64,000 nucleotides of DNA from an uncultured delta proteobacterium (GTDB lineage: Bacteria; Desulfobacterota; Desulfomonilia; UBA1062). Position 1 is the stretch's first letter. Every line of letters starts with the position of its first letter. This document shows, one piece after another, positions 10,055 to 22,733 of the stretch. The stretch covers positions 96,001 to 160,000 of the forward strand of contig CAWAUM010000012.1 of the NCBI GenBank assembly GCA_963785235.1, given 5' to 3'. The position numbers were made by a program, and so were the translations under genes. The notes beneath the pieces are model-generated. The model was not told the DNA's origin, made no database searches, and saw nothing but the letters and a program-made list of their open reading frames with translations.

Positions 10055-11125
10055 TCATTGCCCCTCTGGGTCAGGTTCCTTATCGTTTTGCATCTCATCG
10101 GGAACCTTTCTTTCCGGCTGGCGCCGGTCAATGGATGCAGGTGGCTGGGTCGGTGACGCTATTTCCTGTTTCAGGCGCTCTGCCTGTCGGCGATCAAAGG
10201 GAGAAGGCAGCGACTGAGGGACCGTATCGACATCTTGTGCCTGGCCGGCCGGCATCTGAGAGCCGGCATCTGCCTCATGTTGGTGTTCATCATGCGAAAC
10301 CTCGGCCTCTCTATGCTTCCCCTGAGGCTGAACCTTGTTGCCTGGCCTGGAGAGTCATATCCGGGACCAAGGGACTTTTTTATTGCCTCGGGGAGGTTGA
10401 GTTCGCCGGTAATGGCAAGCCTTGACCTTTTCATCTCACTTGAAAACCTGATACTTCCGTTCATGGTCCCTGAAAATTCACCGATGAAGTCAACCTTTTC
10501 CAGGTTCAAAAGGCCCTTATCTATGCGACCGTCAAAATCCAGGTTTTCGAAAACCAGTGAATCGAAGGGGAGTGACTCCATGCCGAGCGGCAGGGTGCCC
10601 TTCTTCCAGGTAAGCGCCAGGTTTCCTGTAGCCTTGTCAAGGGAATTGCGCAGTGTGGTGAGGTTAAGCTCCCCGCTCACGATCCCCTTGGGAGTCAAGC
10701 TCGGGGGGAAAACCTTTGAAAGCCCGGACAGGTCAACATTCGTCATATTGAGCGTAATATTCATGGGGCTCTTGTCTTTTCTGAAGGGGAGCATCATGTG
10801 TCCATCCGTCTTACCGGACACCAGGTCGGCATGAAACCCGAAGCCCAGGCTGCCCCTGAAGATGTCCCACGGTTTCGGCGAGATGGTGAGTCGCTTGGCA
10901 ATGGGAATACCTTTGATCTCGAGAGAGTCTATGGTGAAACCCCACAGGAGGTTGGGGCTTATATGGCCCAAGGTAACCTGGTTCCCCATGACATTTGTCA
11001 AGGCGTCTTCAACCTTGTATTTTATGGAGTCATAGGAAAAGCGCAGCCAGATGAATACCACCAGGCACAGCGCCGCATACAGACCGAGCCCGATCTTTAT
11101 GAATATGCGATACCGCGCCTGGCAT
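10055..11125 (-). CDS. gspN: Type II secretion protein GspN; apparent indels near both ends
   Basis: Operon position after gspM; N-terminal TM then beta-rich domain; main ORF 10171-11061. Confidence 0.7.
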
Positions 11126-11726
11126 CAGCCATAGGAGACCACCTGGAATGTCACGTCGATATTCCCTTCCTTATCCATTTTCTTCAGATTCAGCCGTTTT
11201 ATCTTTACCGGGTGCGGGGTGTTCTCAATGCCGAAGAGCAGGCCGATGAGGTCTTCCTGGTAGAGCCCCCGGATCTTTACCTCTACGGATTCACGTGCAG
11301 CCTCGGTGGTATCGGTGATGGGCTTCATGTACTCGATCCTGTCATTGATCTTGAGCTGGGCGGAGAGTTCTTCCAGGTAGCCGAACAGGGTGAACTGTTT
11401 GCCCCCCAAGGCGGCGCTGGAATCGACTTTGCCTGAAGCCCCCTGATGACGGCCGACATGGTATAGATCTTCCTCAGCTGGGCATCTTTGGATACGAAGG
11501 ATTTCTCAAGGTTTGACTTATAGTGCATGAGCGGACCTATTATGCCGGCCAGGAGAATGAACAGGCTCACAAAAACCGCCCCGCCGATGACGATGAGCCG
11601 CTCCCTGGGTGCAAGTCCGGCCACGTAGTCCAGCACCCTGCCGAGGGCCTGCTCTAGGGGCAATGCAAGCTCTTTGAGCTTGTGGGTATTGACCTTGATG
11701 GGTATCTTGAATTTTATTTTTTGCAT
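11125..11726 (-). CDS. gspM: Type II secretion protein GspM; frameshift near 11420
   Basis: LAPRER plus TM segment; ferredoxin-like C-terminus in the second frame. Confidence 0.75.
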
Positions 11727-13237
11727 ACGAGCTTCAGCTTCACCTTCTGGTCGGTTTTGTCCACATTTGCAGAGACGATCTTCACCTCTTTCACGTACGG
11801 CAGCTTGGCAATTACTGCCTGCATCTGCTCCACATTGTTATAGCTGGTTGTGCTGCCCGAGAGCGTAATGCTTTCCTGGTCGATATTGATGGAATCAAAG
11901 ACAACGTCAAGGGTTGCAGGGATGCCCGCGCTCAGGTCCTTGAGGATTTCAAGGGGCGAATCGGCCGCGGCCCCGTCAAGGGTTCCGGCCTGTCCCGAGA
12001 GTCTGCCCAGGTGCTGCTCCATCTGCTTGATGGGTCCACCAGAGGGGTTCCCTTGGGCATGACGGATGCAAACTCGGCATTGATCTTTCTCGTGAGGCCG
12101 GCATTTGTTCTCGCCATGAGAAAGACATCCAGGAAAGCCCGAAGATCCAGACCACCAGAAGCACGAGTGCGGCCTTGACCCATGGACCTGCATAGCCCTT
12201 GAGCTTTTTCATGTGCTTGGCCAGGCCGAGCTCGCCCTGGCGGAAATTGGTCTCATCCGTCTCATCAAAGCCCCTGCAGGCTAAGGAGGCGCTCAGGAAA
12301 CCCGGCCAGGAGGTCATCCATGGACCCTTCGAATTTGACATCCTTGAGCGTCGGGGCAAGAACGCTCATTCCCAGTGAAGCCTCTGCCCTCTGAGGAAGG
12401 TCTTTTATGAGATGCGCATATCCGGTGGCCAGCAGGACCTGCTCCCCTTCAAGTCTCACCGCTCTTCTCAAGCATGATGGAGATCTCCCGGAAAAAGCCT
12501 GTGAGGCGCTCACCCGGCGTCTATTGTCCCTGGTTGCATCTTTTCTACAAGCGCTGCAGCTGCCTGCGCATCGCCAGGGGTATCTGTGGAGGCGACCCTT
12601 TCAAATCCCAGCGGCAATGATCCGATGTACTTGATGGTCTTGCCCATAAGGACCGCCACGGAGGATCTCCGACCACCCCATATGCACGACCACTACAATC
12701 TGATCGTCCGGCAGATCGAGCAAAGCCCTGGCCCCTGCAGCTATCGAAGCGCTGGGACAGTCCACAATCTCCGGATCAAGACCGGCATTCCTTGCAAACC
12801 GTAACAAGATTCTGCACCGATGTGGTGCGCGCGCTGAGCGACTGAATGATGTGCGATCCGCCATTGTCCTTGCCCATGAGCACGAAATCCACGACCAGCC
12901 TGGAATCCATGGAGGGCAGCAGGGTCTCCACCTCGGAACTGATGGTCTCCGTGATCTTCTTGCGGTCGGAAAAGGGCCTTAAGAGTGTACGGTACATGAT
13001 CTCGGACTCGTCCAGGCAGGTCACGCAGGTCTCTGGTTGCCCGCCCAGCTGCTGGATAAAGGATTTCAGATCTTCGGAGATTGTATGGACAGGTCTAAGC
13101 GCCTGGCTCAACTCACGCGGGATGCGCATAAACTTTTCTATAGCGGTATCGGCTATCCCGGAGCGGATAATGCACCCCTGCACCTGGCGATCATCCCAGC
13201 ACACACCTAATGTTTTCCGCGTAATGACAGTTCTCAT
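11714..13237 (-). CDS. gspL: GspL (PilM-like actin fold plus PilN-like C-terminus); several frameshifts
   Basis: Fragments 12776-13237, 12265-12513, 11714-12193; NFRQGE motif; operon position. Confidence 0.7.
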
Positions 13238-13243
13238 ACCACC

Positions 13244-14220
13244 TCAGTGAATCCTATAATACACTATTCGCGCATTATTGTTAATGCGTTCCAGCACTGA
13301 CTTCACATTAACCTGCGCCCCTGAGGGCATAACACCTTTTACATCTACTGAAAAGCGTGAGCTCTTGACAACAAGAACGTTATTTTTAATCCAGTTGCTT
13401 TCGTCCGATCCATCCGAGAGGTTAAGGCCCTGGACACAGGAGAAGTTCTGGCCGGTGAACGGCCTGCACGCAATGATGCTGCTTACCACGTCATCATTGA
13501 AATGTTGTTCCGATATGGCCTTGAGAACCATCTCGGATGCCGTGTTGATGTTGATCTTTCCCCCTGTGCCCACTGTCACATAGTTCTTAAGGCCGTCATA
13601 GTTCTCGGTGCCGAAAAAATACTCTTTCTTCATTCCCTTTACCAGCAGGATCTCTTCGATACTGTCCATGGGGGCGTTCTTGCAATGATACGGGGGCTCC
13701 AACGTCAGGTAGTATTCATTCTCGGCGCCTCCTATGGTAATCTCGCTGTCGGCATCCAGCCAGTCAATGACGGAATTGGCGAGGTCATCGAACTCCTCCT
13801 GGGTGATGTCGATATTCTGCAGGGTAAAAAGCCTGCTTGAACTGCTGTTTCCTGAATTCAGTATAATTGTCTTTAACGGCCAGGCTGTTCAGGTCAAATT
13901 TGGAGCATTCATCCGTGATGGTGCCGGTGAGCTGCGAACCGTCAAGGTAACCCGAAGCAGTGGCGGCATATGCCGGGAACTCGCCCCATTGCTCATCAAG
14001 GGAGTCATGGCTCAGATCATCCTGGACAAGGATGACCTGTGGCGGCCTCCACGCCTGCCAGGGCGATATACTGGGCCTGGATGGAGTCGTGGAAATTGTA
14101 TGCCAGCTCGATATCCAGGCTCTCGTCGGAACTGAAGGTGATGATCATGGCGGAAAACAGCGCCACCATGCTCAGCACTAAGATGAGGACGACCCCTCTT
14201 TTGTCTTTAAGCCTGACCAT
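13244..14220 (-). CDS. gspK: Minor pseudopilin GspK; frameshifted
   Basis: RGVVLILVL N-terminus; ININTAS HhH motif in 13244-13702. Confidence 0.8.
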
Positions 14221-14227
14221 GCGTAGG

Positions 14228-14924
14228 CTAACCCTGTGGGGGCATCAGTCTGATGCCGGACAGCGGCAGGGCCGCTGTGCCTGTAAAGGTCAGCTTTCCT
14301 TGCCTGCCTCGAAGGTGAGTGTCACCTTGACCTGTTTCGGCAGGGCCAGCTTCTTGGAAAGGTCCCATTCCTTTGCCTCCTGGTTTGAATCATCGATGTA
14401 GATGATATTCATGCCCAGCACGTCTTCTGCGAGCTCCATTTCACTGCCTGCCTTGGAGGGCCCGTAATGGGGGGTAGGGTCTTCCCGGCGCATGAGGGTA
14501 TAGATATCCTTCTTGTTCTCCATCTCCTTGAGATAATAGGCCACTTCGCAGACCCCGCCCGGCACCTTTGAAAACCCGATGTCCGTTGTAGTGGTGATGG
14601 AAATGGTGTCCTTGTCCGTGCTGTCGCTCTCGTCATTGGTCCCCACAAACCGGTACATGGACATATCCTCGATCGTCATGGTGGGTCTCAGCGAAGGTGA
14701 AGGTATGTAGGCACAGGTCAGGTCCTTTATCATCCTGTCCATGACGATCCGGACCTCTGGTAAGCCTCGCGCTGCGAGCGGACGGCCTCGATATTTTTGT
14801 TGGACTGAAAAAAGGCGAAGTTTACGATTGTTATGATAACTGCCGTAATGGCTATTGCCAGCAGCAGCTCCAGGAGGGTGAAGCCTTTATTTTGTAGAGA
14901 TAAAGGTGATGATTTTCGTCTCAA
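14228..14924 (-). CDS. gspJ: Minor pseudopilin GspJ; frameshifted
   Basis: GFTLLELL prepilin motif; LPKQVKVTL C-terminal motif. Confidence 0.8.
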
Positions 14925-15246
14925 GGGGACTCCCCGTCCCGCCCCATTTCACTGCCAGGCTGTATTTAAGGTATCCGATCAGTGGGGTGGTTTCAATGTT
15001 TTCCGAATACGTATACCCCTTGTAGTCTTCGCCGAAATCCCCCTTGCTGTCCCCGGGAGTGGCGGTGCGCACCCCTGAGGTGACATCGGCTATACGCGCC
15101 TGGGCGAGAAGGCTCGATGTTGTGAGGAAGCGCGACCTTATGGCCATGTCGATTCCCTGGCTCTCCGCAGAAAGAAGCCACAGGAAGGAGATGCTCAGGA
15201 TCACGAGGGCAACAAGCACCTCCAGCAGGGTGAACCCCCTATCCAT
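14887..15246 (-). CDS. gspI: Minor pseudopilin GspI
   Basis: RGFTLLEVLVAL prepilin motif; size and order. Confidence 0.85.
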   Translation of the reverse strand: MDRGFTLLEVLVALVILSISFLWLLSAESQGIDMAIRSRFLTTSSLLAQARIADVTSGVRTATPGDSKGDFGEDYKGYTYSENIETTPLIGYLKYSLAVKWGGTGSPLETKIITFISTK

Positions 15247-15742
15247 AGGTTATCTCCACGAAGTGGTCATAGAACTTGAGTGCCCCTGAAAAAGGTTTCA
15301 CGACAAGGGTGTAGGTGGTCCCGAGGGCGCCCTCAAGATATATCACCCCCTGCTCCACCACACCCTCGGTGGTGATCTTCAGGTCCATCTCGCCACGGTC
15401 CTTTTCGGACTGATAGGGTGTCTTGATGTTCTTCAATACGACGCCATCAGGCATTTTCCTCTCTTTAAGCATCTCGGGCACCACCCCTGAGGTCTCGGGC
15501 ATGGGATACAGCGCTATTTTGGCATTATCCAGATCGAACCGGATGAAAAAGGTTTTATGCTGGGTGATGGCCGTAGACCTGCCCACCTGGATCATGGTTG
15601 TGATATCCCTTACCGCGCGGTCCATGTTGGAAGTGGACAGGCCGCTGAAGATCCGCGGGCCGATATAGCCGAGCGTAATGCCCACGATCACCAGCACGAT
15701 CATCAGCTCTATGAGGGTGAACCCGTTCCTACTTCTTCTCAG
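15239..15742 (-). CDS. gspH: Minor pseudopilin GspH (probable CTG start overlapping gspG)
   Basis: NGFTLIELMIV motif; GAGGGAG RBS 6 nt before CTG 15742. Confidence 0.8.
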   Translation of the reverse strand: MRRSRNGFTLIELMIVLVIVGITLGYIGPRIFSGLSTSNMDRAVRDITTMIQVGRSTAITQHKTFFIRFDLDNAKIALYPMPETSGVVPEMLKERKMPDGVVLKNIKTPYQSEKDRGEMDLKITTEGVVEQGVIYLEGALGTTYTLVVKPFSGALKFYDHFVEITYG

Positions 15743-16199
15743 ACTGTGCTCCCTCTTGTGTCTCGTTTTCCCAGTTCCCGATATCGGCACCATCGCCCTC
15801 TCCACCCTGCTGTCCGTCGGCAGCGTATGAGTAGAGGTCAAAACCGTTGGGGTTTCTCACGCCGGGAAACATATAGACATAATCATTCTTCCACGGGTCT
15901 TTGGGCAGTTTGCTCTTGTCAAGGTAACCGCCCTCCCTCCAGCTCCTGGGGACGGTTCCGGTTGCGGGCTTTTCCACCAGGGCCTTGAGCCCCTGCTCGG
16001 TGGTGGGATATTCGCCGCTGTCGAGCTTGTACATCTTCAGGGCATTTTCCAGGGCCTGAATCTGGATCTGGGCCTGTGTCCGGCGGGCCTCCTCGGGCTT
16101 GCCCATAATCCTTATGCCCACAAAGGTTGCCAGTATGCTCAGGATGACGATTACCACGAGGAGTTCTATCAGGGTGAATCCTTTTCTGTTTCTATACAT
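15729..16199 (-). CDS. gspG: Major pseudopilin GspG
   Basis: GFTLIELLVV, YPTTEQGL, KDPW, DIGNW. Confidence 0.95.
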   Translation of the reverse strand: MYRNRKGFTLIELLVVIVILSILATFVGIRIMGKPEEARRTQAQIQIQALENALKMYKLDSGEYPTTEQGLKALVEKPATGTVPRSWREGGYLDKSKLPKDPWKNDYVYMFPGVRNPNGFDLYSYAADGQQGGEGDGADIGNWENETQEGAQSEKK

Positions 16200-16220
16200 G
16201 CGCTCTCACCTCTTTCATTT

Positions 16221-17444
16221 CTATCGTACGATGGTGCTCATCTCAAGCATGGGCAGGAGAATGGAGAGCACCACGAAACCTACCAGCGTGCCCATGATAA
16301 CGATCATGAGGGGCTCGATGACCGATGTGAGCCCTGCCACGGTCGTCTCCACATCGCCTTCATAAGACTCGGCGGCCTTCATGAGCATCTCTTCCAAGCT
16401 GCCGCTCTTCTCTCCCACGCTGACCATGTGCACGAGGATGGGCGGGAAAACGCCCGACTTCTTGAGCGGCGCGGCAAGGCTGGAACCATCCATGATCTCG
16501 GTTATGGAATTCTCAATGGCAATCTCCATGATCTTATTCTCGACAACGGTCTTGACAATGCGCAGCGATTCTATGATGGGCACCCCTGATGAAAGCAGCG
16601 TGCCCAGGGTACGGGCAAACCTTGCCACGGATACCTTCTTATAGATGGTGCCGTATACCGGAAAACGCAGCCTGAACCGGTCGAACTTGAAGGCGCCCTT
16701 CTCGGTCTTCCTCCACTTCACGATAAAGACAACGGCAAGGATGATGCCTATGATGATTATCCACCAGGTCCATGAAAGGAAGGTGCTTATGGAGATGAGT
16801 ATCCTCGTGGGCAGCGGCAGGGTCTGCTTCATGCTCTCGAACATGCCCACCACCTTGGGGACCACTGCAGTGAGCAGATACATGAGCACCACGAAAGAGA
16901 TCATAAGCAGGACCGCCGGATAGACCATGGCCGCCCCGATTTTCGCCCTGAGGCGGTGCTGGCCTTCCATGAACTCGGCCAGCCTTAAGAGGACAACATC
17001 CAGGGCGCCGCTCGCCTCACCGGAACGCACCATGTTCACGTACAGCTCCGGGAAAACCCTCTTGTGCTGGGCCAGGGCGTCACCAAAGGACAACCCCTCA
17101 TTTACCGAATCCCTCACCTGGGCAATGGTCTTCTTCATGGCAGGCGAGTCGGTCTGCTCATACAGGGCGCTCAGGGCATCCACTAAGGGGATCGAGGCGC
17201 CGATGAGGGTGGAGAGCTGACGGGTGGTTACTGTCAGGTCCTCCATGCCGACCCGGTCCAGCAGACCCCTCAAGGAGATGTTCTTGAGAGGGCTGGCCAG
17301 TCCGTGGGCCTCTTCGGTTATGGTGCTCACGAACATGCCCTGGGAACGGAGCTTCAGCTTTGCCTCCCGAATGGAGACCGCATCCATCATGCCGGAAGAG
17401 GCCTTCCCCTTCTCGTCGTATCCGTTCCAGGTATACAGTGCCAC
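16221..17444 (-). CDS. gspF: T2SS inner-membrane platform protein GspF
   Basis: RQLSTL, GE.SG.L, YP, duplicated T2SSF domains; GTG start. Confidence 0.95.
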   Translation of the reverse strand: MALYTWNGYDEKGKASSGMMDAVSIREAKLKLRSQGMFVSTITEEAHGLASPLKNISLRGLLDRVGMEDLTVTTRQLSTLIGASIPLVDALSALYEQTDSPAMKKTIAQVRDSVNEGLSFGDALAQHKRVFPELYVNMVRSGEASGALDVVLLRLAEFMEGQHRLRAKIGAAMVYPAVLLMISFVVLMYLLTAVVPKVVGMFESMKQTLPLPTRILISISTFLSWTWWIIIIGIILAVVFIVKWRKTEKGAFKFDRFRLRFPVYGTIYKKVSVARFARTLGTLLSSGVPIIESLRIVKTVVENKIMEIAIENSITEIMDGSSLAAPLKKSGVFPPILVHMVSVGEKSGSLEEMLMKAAESYEGDVETTVAGLTSVIEPLMIVIMGTLVGFVVLSILLPMLEMSTIVR

Positions 17445-17464
17445 GTTTTTCCCCTTAGACCTTC

Positions 17465-18373
17465 TTACTCAGGCATATCAGCGTCAGGGGTCGGGAATGG
17501 AGCGGGCGCAGGGGCCGCATCCTTGAACTGCGCAAAGTATTTCTCATTGACCTCAACCTTGGCCTTCTTCTTTACCTCTGCCTTGAGGTCACCAATGGCC
17601 TTGTTCACTTTCTCGCGCATGATGAGGTTCTCGATGGATTTCTTTACCTCTTCGTAGGGCCTTTCCTTGCTGGATGCCACCCTTTCGGCCTTGAGTATGT
17701 AAAACCCTTTTGCGGTCTTTACAATGGGGCTGGTCTCGCCTTCCTTCAGGCTGAATACTGCCTTTTCCAGCGCCGGATCCAGCTTGCCGGGAGTAACAAG
17801 GCCGATATCCCCACCCTTGGAGGCTGTCTCGGGATCCTTGGAAAGCTGCTTGGCAAGGTCTTCAAAATTACCGCCTTTTTTAATCTTGTCTGCAGCCGAC
17901 TTGGCTTCCGGCTCGGATGCAAGCATGATCTGCCTTGCAAAGACACGGGTGCGGGCGCCATATTTATCCTGGTGCTCATCATAGTATTTCTTTGTATCAG
18001 CATCGCTCACCTTGATGCCTTTTCTGATATCTTCCTCAAGCTCGCGGGCAAGTGACTGGTCAACAATCAGATCCATCTTGAGCTTGACATCTTCCCTCTT
18101 GTCGATCCCCCGTTTGCGCGCCTCCCAGGCCAGCATCTCCATGCTGACAAAGCCGTCGGCGATCTCCCTGCGGATACGCGCGGCGCCGTAGCGGGCGCTT
18201 ACCTGGGGTGGCAGGTTTTCAAGGAATTTATCAATCTGCTTGCCGGAGATGATCTTGTCACCTACCCTGGCCACCATATCGCCGTCTTTCCCTGAAGCAG
18301 CACCCTTGTCCGACCCGGAACATCCGACCATCATGAACATCACCACCAGAATCAACGACCCGAACTTCTTCAA
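17465..18373 (-). CDS. Parvulin-type peptidyl-prolyl isomerase lipoprotein (PrsA/PpiC-like)
   Basis: MVGC lipobox; FEDLAKQLSKD..KGGDIG; GFYILK. Confidence 0.88.
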   Translation of the reverse strand: MKKFGSLILVVMFMMVGCSGSDKGAASGKDGDMVARVGDKIISGKQIDKFLENLPPQVSARYGAARIRREIADGFVSMEMLAWEARKRGIDKREDVKLKMDLIVDQSLARELEEDIRKGIKVSDADTKKYYDEHQDKYGARTRVFARQIMLASEPEAKSAADKIKKGGNFEDLAKQLSKDPETASKGGDIGLVTPGKLDPALEKAVFSLKEGETSPIVKTAKGFYILKAERVASSKERPYEEVKKSIENLIMREKVNKAIGDLKAEVKKKAKVEVNEKYFAQFKDAAPAPAPFPTPDADMPE

Positions 18374-18476
18374 AATATCCTCCTTACCCTTGTCTGTTTA
18401 TTCATTTATCCGTGTATTACCGTTTACGATATCACCAACATTTGTGCATGTCACTACCTTAGCATGCACCTTCTAT

Positions 18477-19124
18477 CTAGACCATGGAAAGAACGGCAAG
18501 CAGGATCCCGGTGCCTACCCTGATAAAGGCCTGATCACCCGTGACCACATTGCTTACGCCGTAGGGCCTCCCGATCTCCATGGATGCCTCTTCAAGCTCA
18601 TACCGGAACCCTCTGAGCGTAATCCCCTCCACCTGTTCGGTAAGCGGAAGAAATGAAACGGTGCGGCCCTTGCTGCCTGTGATTGTCTCGCTGGAACCAA
18701 CGAGGAAAACCTGCTGGGTATCCGATGTGATCCGTGCCGCAATCCCATGGCGCAATGCCTTGCGCAGCAAGTGGATGTTGGCAAGGGTGTGGTCAATACG
18801 GTCACCCATGGCGCCCAGGATCTCCACCCCTTTTGCACCCCGGCCCATGGCCTCATCAAGGGCGATCTCCGTGTCTGTTACGTCCTTGTCTGCATTGACC
18901 CTCTTCATCGCCACACCCAGCCCAGAAAGCCTTTCTGCACTTTCCTGGTCAAGCGAATCCATGTCGCCCACCACGAGCCCGGGCGTTATGCCGCTATCCA
19001 GGCAGTACTGCGCGCCCTTATCCGCGGCAATGATCATGCGGGCCTTCAAGGCCAGGCCACGAAGCAGCTCTTTCCCCGGCGGCTCCCCGCCTGCAACGAT
19101 CAGGAACATAGCGCGTATAAACAT
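18477..19124 (-). CDS. thiN: Thiamine diphosphokinase
   Basis: AADKG, GDMDS, KDVTD, GDRIDH, GVSN motifs. Confidence 0.92.
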   Translation of the reverse strand: MFIRAMFLIVAGGEPPGKELLRGLALKARMIIAADKGAQYCLDSGITPGLVVGDMDSLDQESAERLSGLGVAMKRVNADKDVTDTEIALDEAMGRGAKGVEILGAMGDRIDHTLANIHLLRKALRHGIAARITSDTQQVFLVGSSETITGSKGRTVSFLPLTEQVEGITLRGFRYELEEASMEIGRPYGVSNVVTGDQAFIRVGTGILLAVLSMV

Positions 19125-19394
19125 CTATTGGGCAGGGAAGTCAAGTCAGTGTGTGAGTGGATGGTGCGCTCAGGGCTTGCCCCCTGTCCCTTGCGGGTGC
19201 AGTTTGCAGACGGGATCTCGTTGTTCCATTCATCACCCAACCCATCCAACCCTTTGACAACTTTGCACCTTCGGACTATAAAGGCATTCTAAGAACGCAC
19301 CATGAAATGGAATGCCAGCACGTATGATCGTATTGAGAGGAGGGTCCGGAACAACCACATGCATCCACCCTTATGGGACGGAGTCTGTGCGATA

Positions 19395-20363
19395 TCAGCC
19401 CATGCGGTCGAGCGGGCTCTTCACCGCACCGGCCCCGCGCTGCATGACATGGGTGTAGATCATGGTGGTGTTCAGACTCTTGTGTCCGAGCAGGTCCTGA
19501 ACCGTCCTGATGTCATAACCGTCTTCGAGCAGATGTGTGGCGAAACTGTGCCTGAACGTATGGCACCCGAAATGTTTGACTATTCCCGCTGTCTCACCCG
19601 CTTTCCTGACAGCCTTCTGGATGCATGAAGGACTGACATGGTGGCGCCTCACTACCTGGCTGCGAGGGTCTTTTGATATTGAGAGCGAGGGAAACACATA
19701 TTGCCAGCCCAACTGCCGTGACGCCCCGGGATATTTTCGTTCAAGCGCAAACGGCATGAAGACTGACCCGTACCCCTGCCTGAGATCGTCCTCATGAACG
19801 AGCTTTACCCGGTCAATCTGTTCTTGCAGCAAGATCAGGAGCTTTTCAGGGAGCATAACCACACGGTCTTTGCTCCCCTTACCGTCGAACACGGTGATCT
19901 GATGCATGGCAAAATCGACATCCTTGACCCTGAGCTTACAGCATTCCGTGATCCTGAGCCCGCAGCCGTAGAGCATGCTTACCATGAGCCTGGCGGTACC
20001 TTTCAGGAAGCTCAGGACCTTGGCCACTTCTTCCCGGGACATGACAACAGGGATGCGCAGTGGTCTTTTAGCCCGCACGGCATCAATGGTCTGATCGAGC
20101 TCAATATTGAGAACATCGCGATACAGAAACACAATGGCATTGAAGGCCTGGTTCTGGGTGGAGGAGCTGACCCTTCGGTGCACAGCCAGATGCGTGAGAA
20201 AAACTTCGATCTCTGCCGCTCCCATGGTGCGGGGATGCCGCATATGATGAAAGACAACATACTGTTTGATCCAGGAGAGATAGGTCTTTTCGGTTCTGAT
20301 GGAATAATGTTTGCAGCGCAGTATATTCCTGATCTGATCCGCCAGCTTGATCCCCTCAGGCAT
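19395..20363 (-). CDS. intI: Integron integrase IntI (tyrosine recombinase)
   Basis: SSTQNQA, YGCGLR, GKGSKDR, IntI-specific insert (ALERKYP...WQYVFPS...RRHH), [19 protein letters not shown]; AAGGAGG RBS. Confidence 0.97.
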   Translation of the reverse strand: MPEGIKLADQIRNILRCKHYSIRTEKTYLSWIKQYVVFHHMRHPRTMGAAEIEVFLTHLAVHRRVSSSTQNQAFNAIVFLYRDVLNIELDQTIDAVRAKRPLRIPVVMSREEVAKVLSFLKGTARLMVSMLYGCGLRITECCKLRVKDVDFAMHQITVFDGKGSKDRVVMLPEKLLILLQEQIDRVKLVHEDDLRQGYGSVFMPFALERKYPGASRQLGWQYVFPSLSISKDPRSQVVRRHHVSPSCIQKAVRKAGETAGIVKHFGCHTFRHSFATHLLEDGYDIRTVQDLLGHKSLNTTMIYTHVMQRGAGAVKSPLDRMG

Positions 20364-20499
20364 CATTCCCTCCTTGACAGGCAAATCCGGTCAATCACAT
20401 AGTGTTTGATAATGACCTTTTATGAATCAATGTATGTAAGGAGGGATAAACTTGAAAATAACAAATCATCCATCTAAGTCAATCCATATTTTGTTATAC

Positions 20500-20529
20500 C
20501 GAAAAAAGTCTGTATAGTAATCGTTATGC
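20500..20529 (+). mobile_element. Putative attI site (crossover G/TT at 20523/20524)
   Basis: GTTATGCGG at 20523 is the exact complement of CCGCATAAC ending cassette 1. Confidence 0.75.
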
Positions 20530-20565
20530 GGATGATCTAGGCACACAAGAATCGGAGCACAGCCA

Positions 20566-20952
20566 ATGAAAGCTGATCAGGCCACACCCAAGAGTATCGA
20601 CGAGTACATCGCTGGCTTTCCGCCCGATGTGCAAAAAGTTCTGACGCTGGTACGAACTACGATAAGAGAAGCCGCGCCTGATGCCGAGGAAACGATCAAG
20701 TATCAAATACCAACGTTCGTTCTGAACGAGAATCTGGTGCACTTCGCAGCGTTCAAGGACCATGTCGGGTTTTATCCAACGCCGTCCGGAATCGAGAAGT
20801 TCAAGGACGAGCTGTCTTCATACGAAGGAGCGAAAGGCTCGGTCCGATTTCCCATCGATAAGCCAATGCCTTTGCGGCTAATAACGAAGATTGTCGCGTT
20901 TAGAGTAAAAGAAGTCCAAGCGAAGACGGCGGCAAAGAAAAGAATGGGATAG
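20566..20952 (+). CDS. Cassette 1: DUF1801/YdhG-like protein
   Basis: IDEYIAGFP, IKYQIPTF, HVGFYP, KGSVRFP. Confidence 0.88.
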   Translation: MKADQATPKSIDEYIAGFPPDVQKVLTLVRTTIREAAPDAEETIKYQIPTFVLNENLVHFAAFKDHVGFYPTPSGIEKFKDELSSYEGAKGSVRFPIDKPMPLRLITKIVAFRVKEVQAKTAAKKRMG

Positions 20953-20990
20953 GGACGATTATGGATTGGTGAAGTACTCGTATTAACCCC

Positions 20991-21932
<942 letters not shown>

Positions 21933-21953
21933 CGCCGAAACAATAACTAGGAG

Positions 21954-22730
21954 ATGATAATGAACAGGATCATGTTTTACACTACGATACTAGCAATTCT
22001 TGCCTTTGTGCCGTCAGCACATAGTGAAGATTTGGATATAGCAAAACTTTTCGATGAGAAAAATTTAAAGGGGACAATCATTATAACCTCACTTGATGGC
22101 AGCAAAACGTACACTCACAATGACGAAAGAGCAAATACCCGTTTTGTTCCCGCATCAACTTTCAAGATACCGAGCACCCTTATTGCTCTTGATGAATCTG
22201 CAGTAGCCAATGAAAATGAAATCATAAAATGGGACGGTAAGGACAAGGGCATACCGGTCTGGAATAAAGACCATTCTATGGAGACAGCCTTTCCTTCTTC
22301 ATGTGTTTGGTTCTATCAGGAGCTTGCCCAGCGAGTGGGAAAAAACAAATATAGTAAGTATTTAAAGAAAATGAAGTATGGCAATGAACAGATTGGCCCG
22401 GAGATAACCACATTTTGGTTAGAAGGGGATCTAAAGATCAGTGCTGCTGAACAGATTACTTTTCTCAAAAAGCTCTATACCAGGGAATACCCATTCAAAT
22501 CTTCTTCATATGAAGTCTTGAGGAATCTTATGGTTATTGAGCGTACTCCAGCATACACCATACGAGCTAAGACTGGATGGTCACAAAAGTTGGGTTGGAT
22601 CGTAGGCTACATCGAGTCTGGTGAGAAGGTATGGTTCTTCGCAACAAACATGGATATCGCAAAACTAGAGGACTGTCATTTTCGGAAAGAGATTACTTTA
22701 GAAGTGTTGAGGTTCAAGGGCATTATTTAA
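21954..22730 (+). CDS. blaOXA: Cassette 3: class D (OXA-type) beta-lactamase
   Basis: PASTFK, SCV, YGN, FWL, KTG motifs; signal peptide. Confidence 0.93.
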   Translation: MIMNRIMFYTTILAILAFVPSAHSEDLDIAKLFDEKNLKGTIIITSLDGSKTYTHNDERANTRFVPASTFKIPSTLIALDESAVANENEIIKWDGKDKGIPVWNKDHSMETAFPSSCVWFYQELAQRVGKNKYSKYLKKMKYGNEQIGPEITTFWLEGDLKISAAEQITFLKKLYTREYPFKSSSYEVLRNLMVIERTPAYTIRAKTGWSQKLGWIVGYIESGEKVWFFATNMDIAKLEDCHFRKEITLEVLRFKGII

Positions 22731-22733
22731 TGA

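Noticed and set aside
9217-10425. 402-aa plus-strand ORF
   Set aside because: Antisense shadow of PRTase/gspN; no motifs
20364-20522. Pc/Pint promoters and LexA box
   Set aside because: Only weak candidates (TTGACA-N18-CATAGT at 20374); no CTGT-N8-ACAG seen; not supportable
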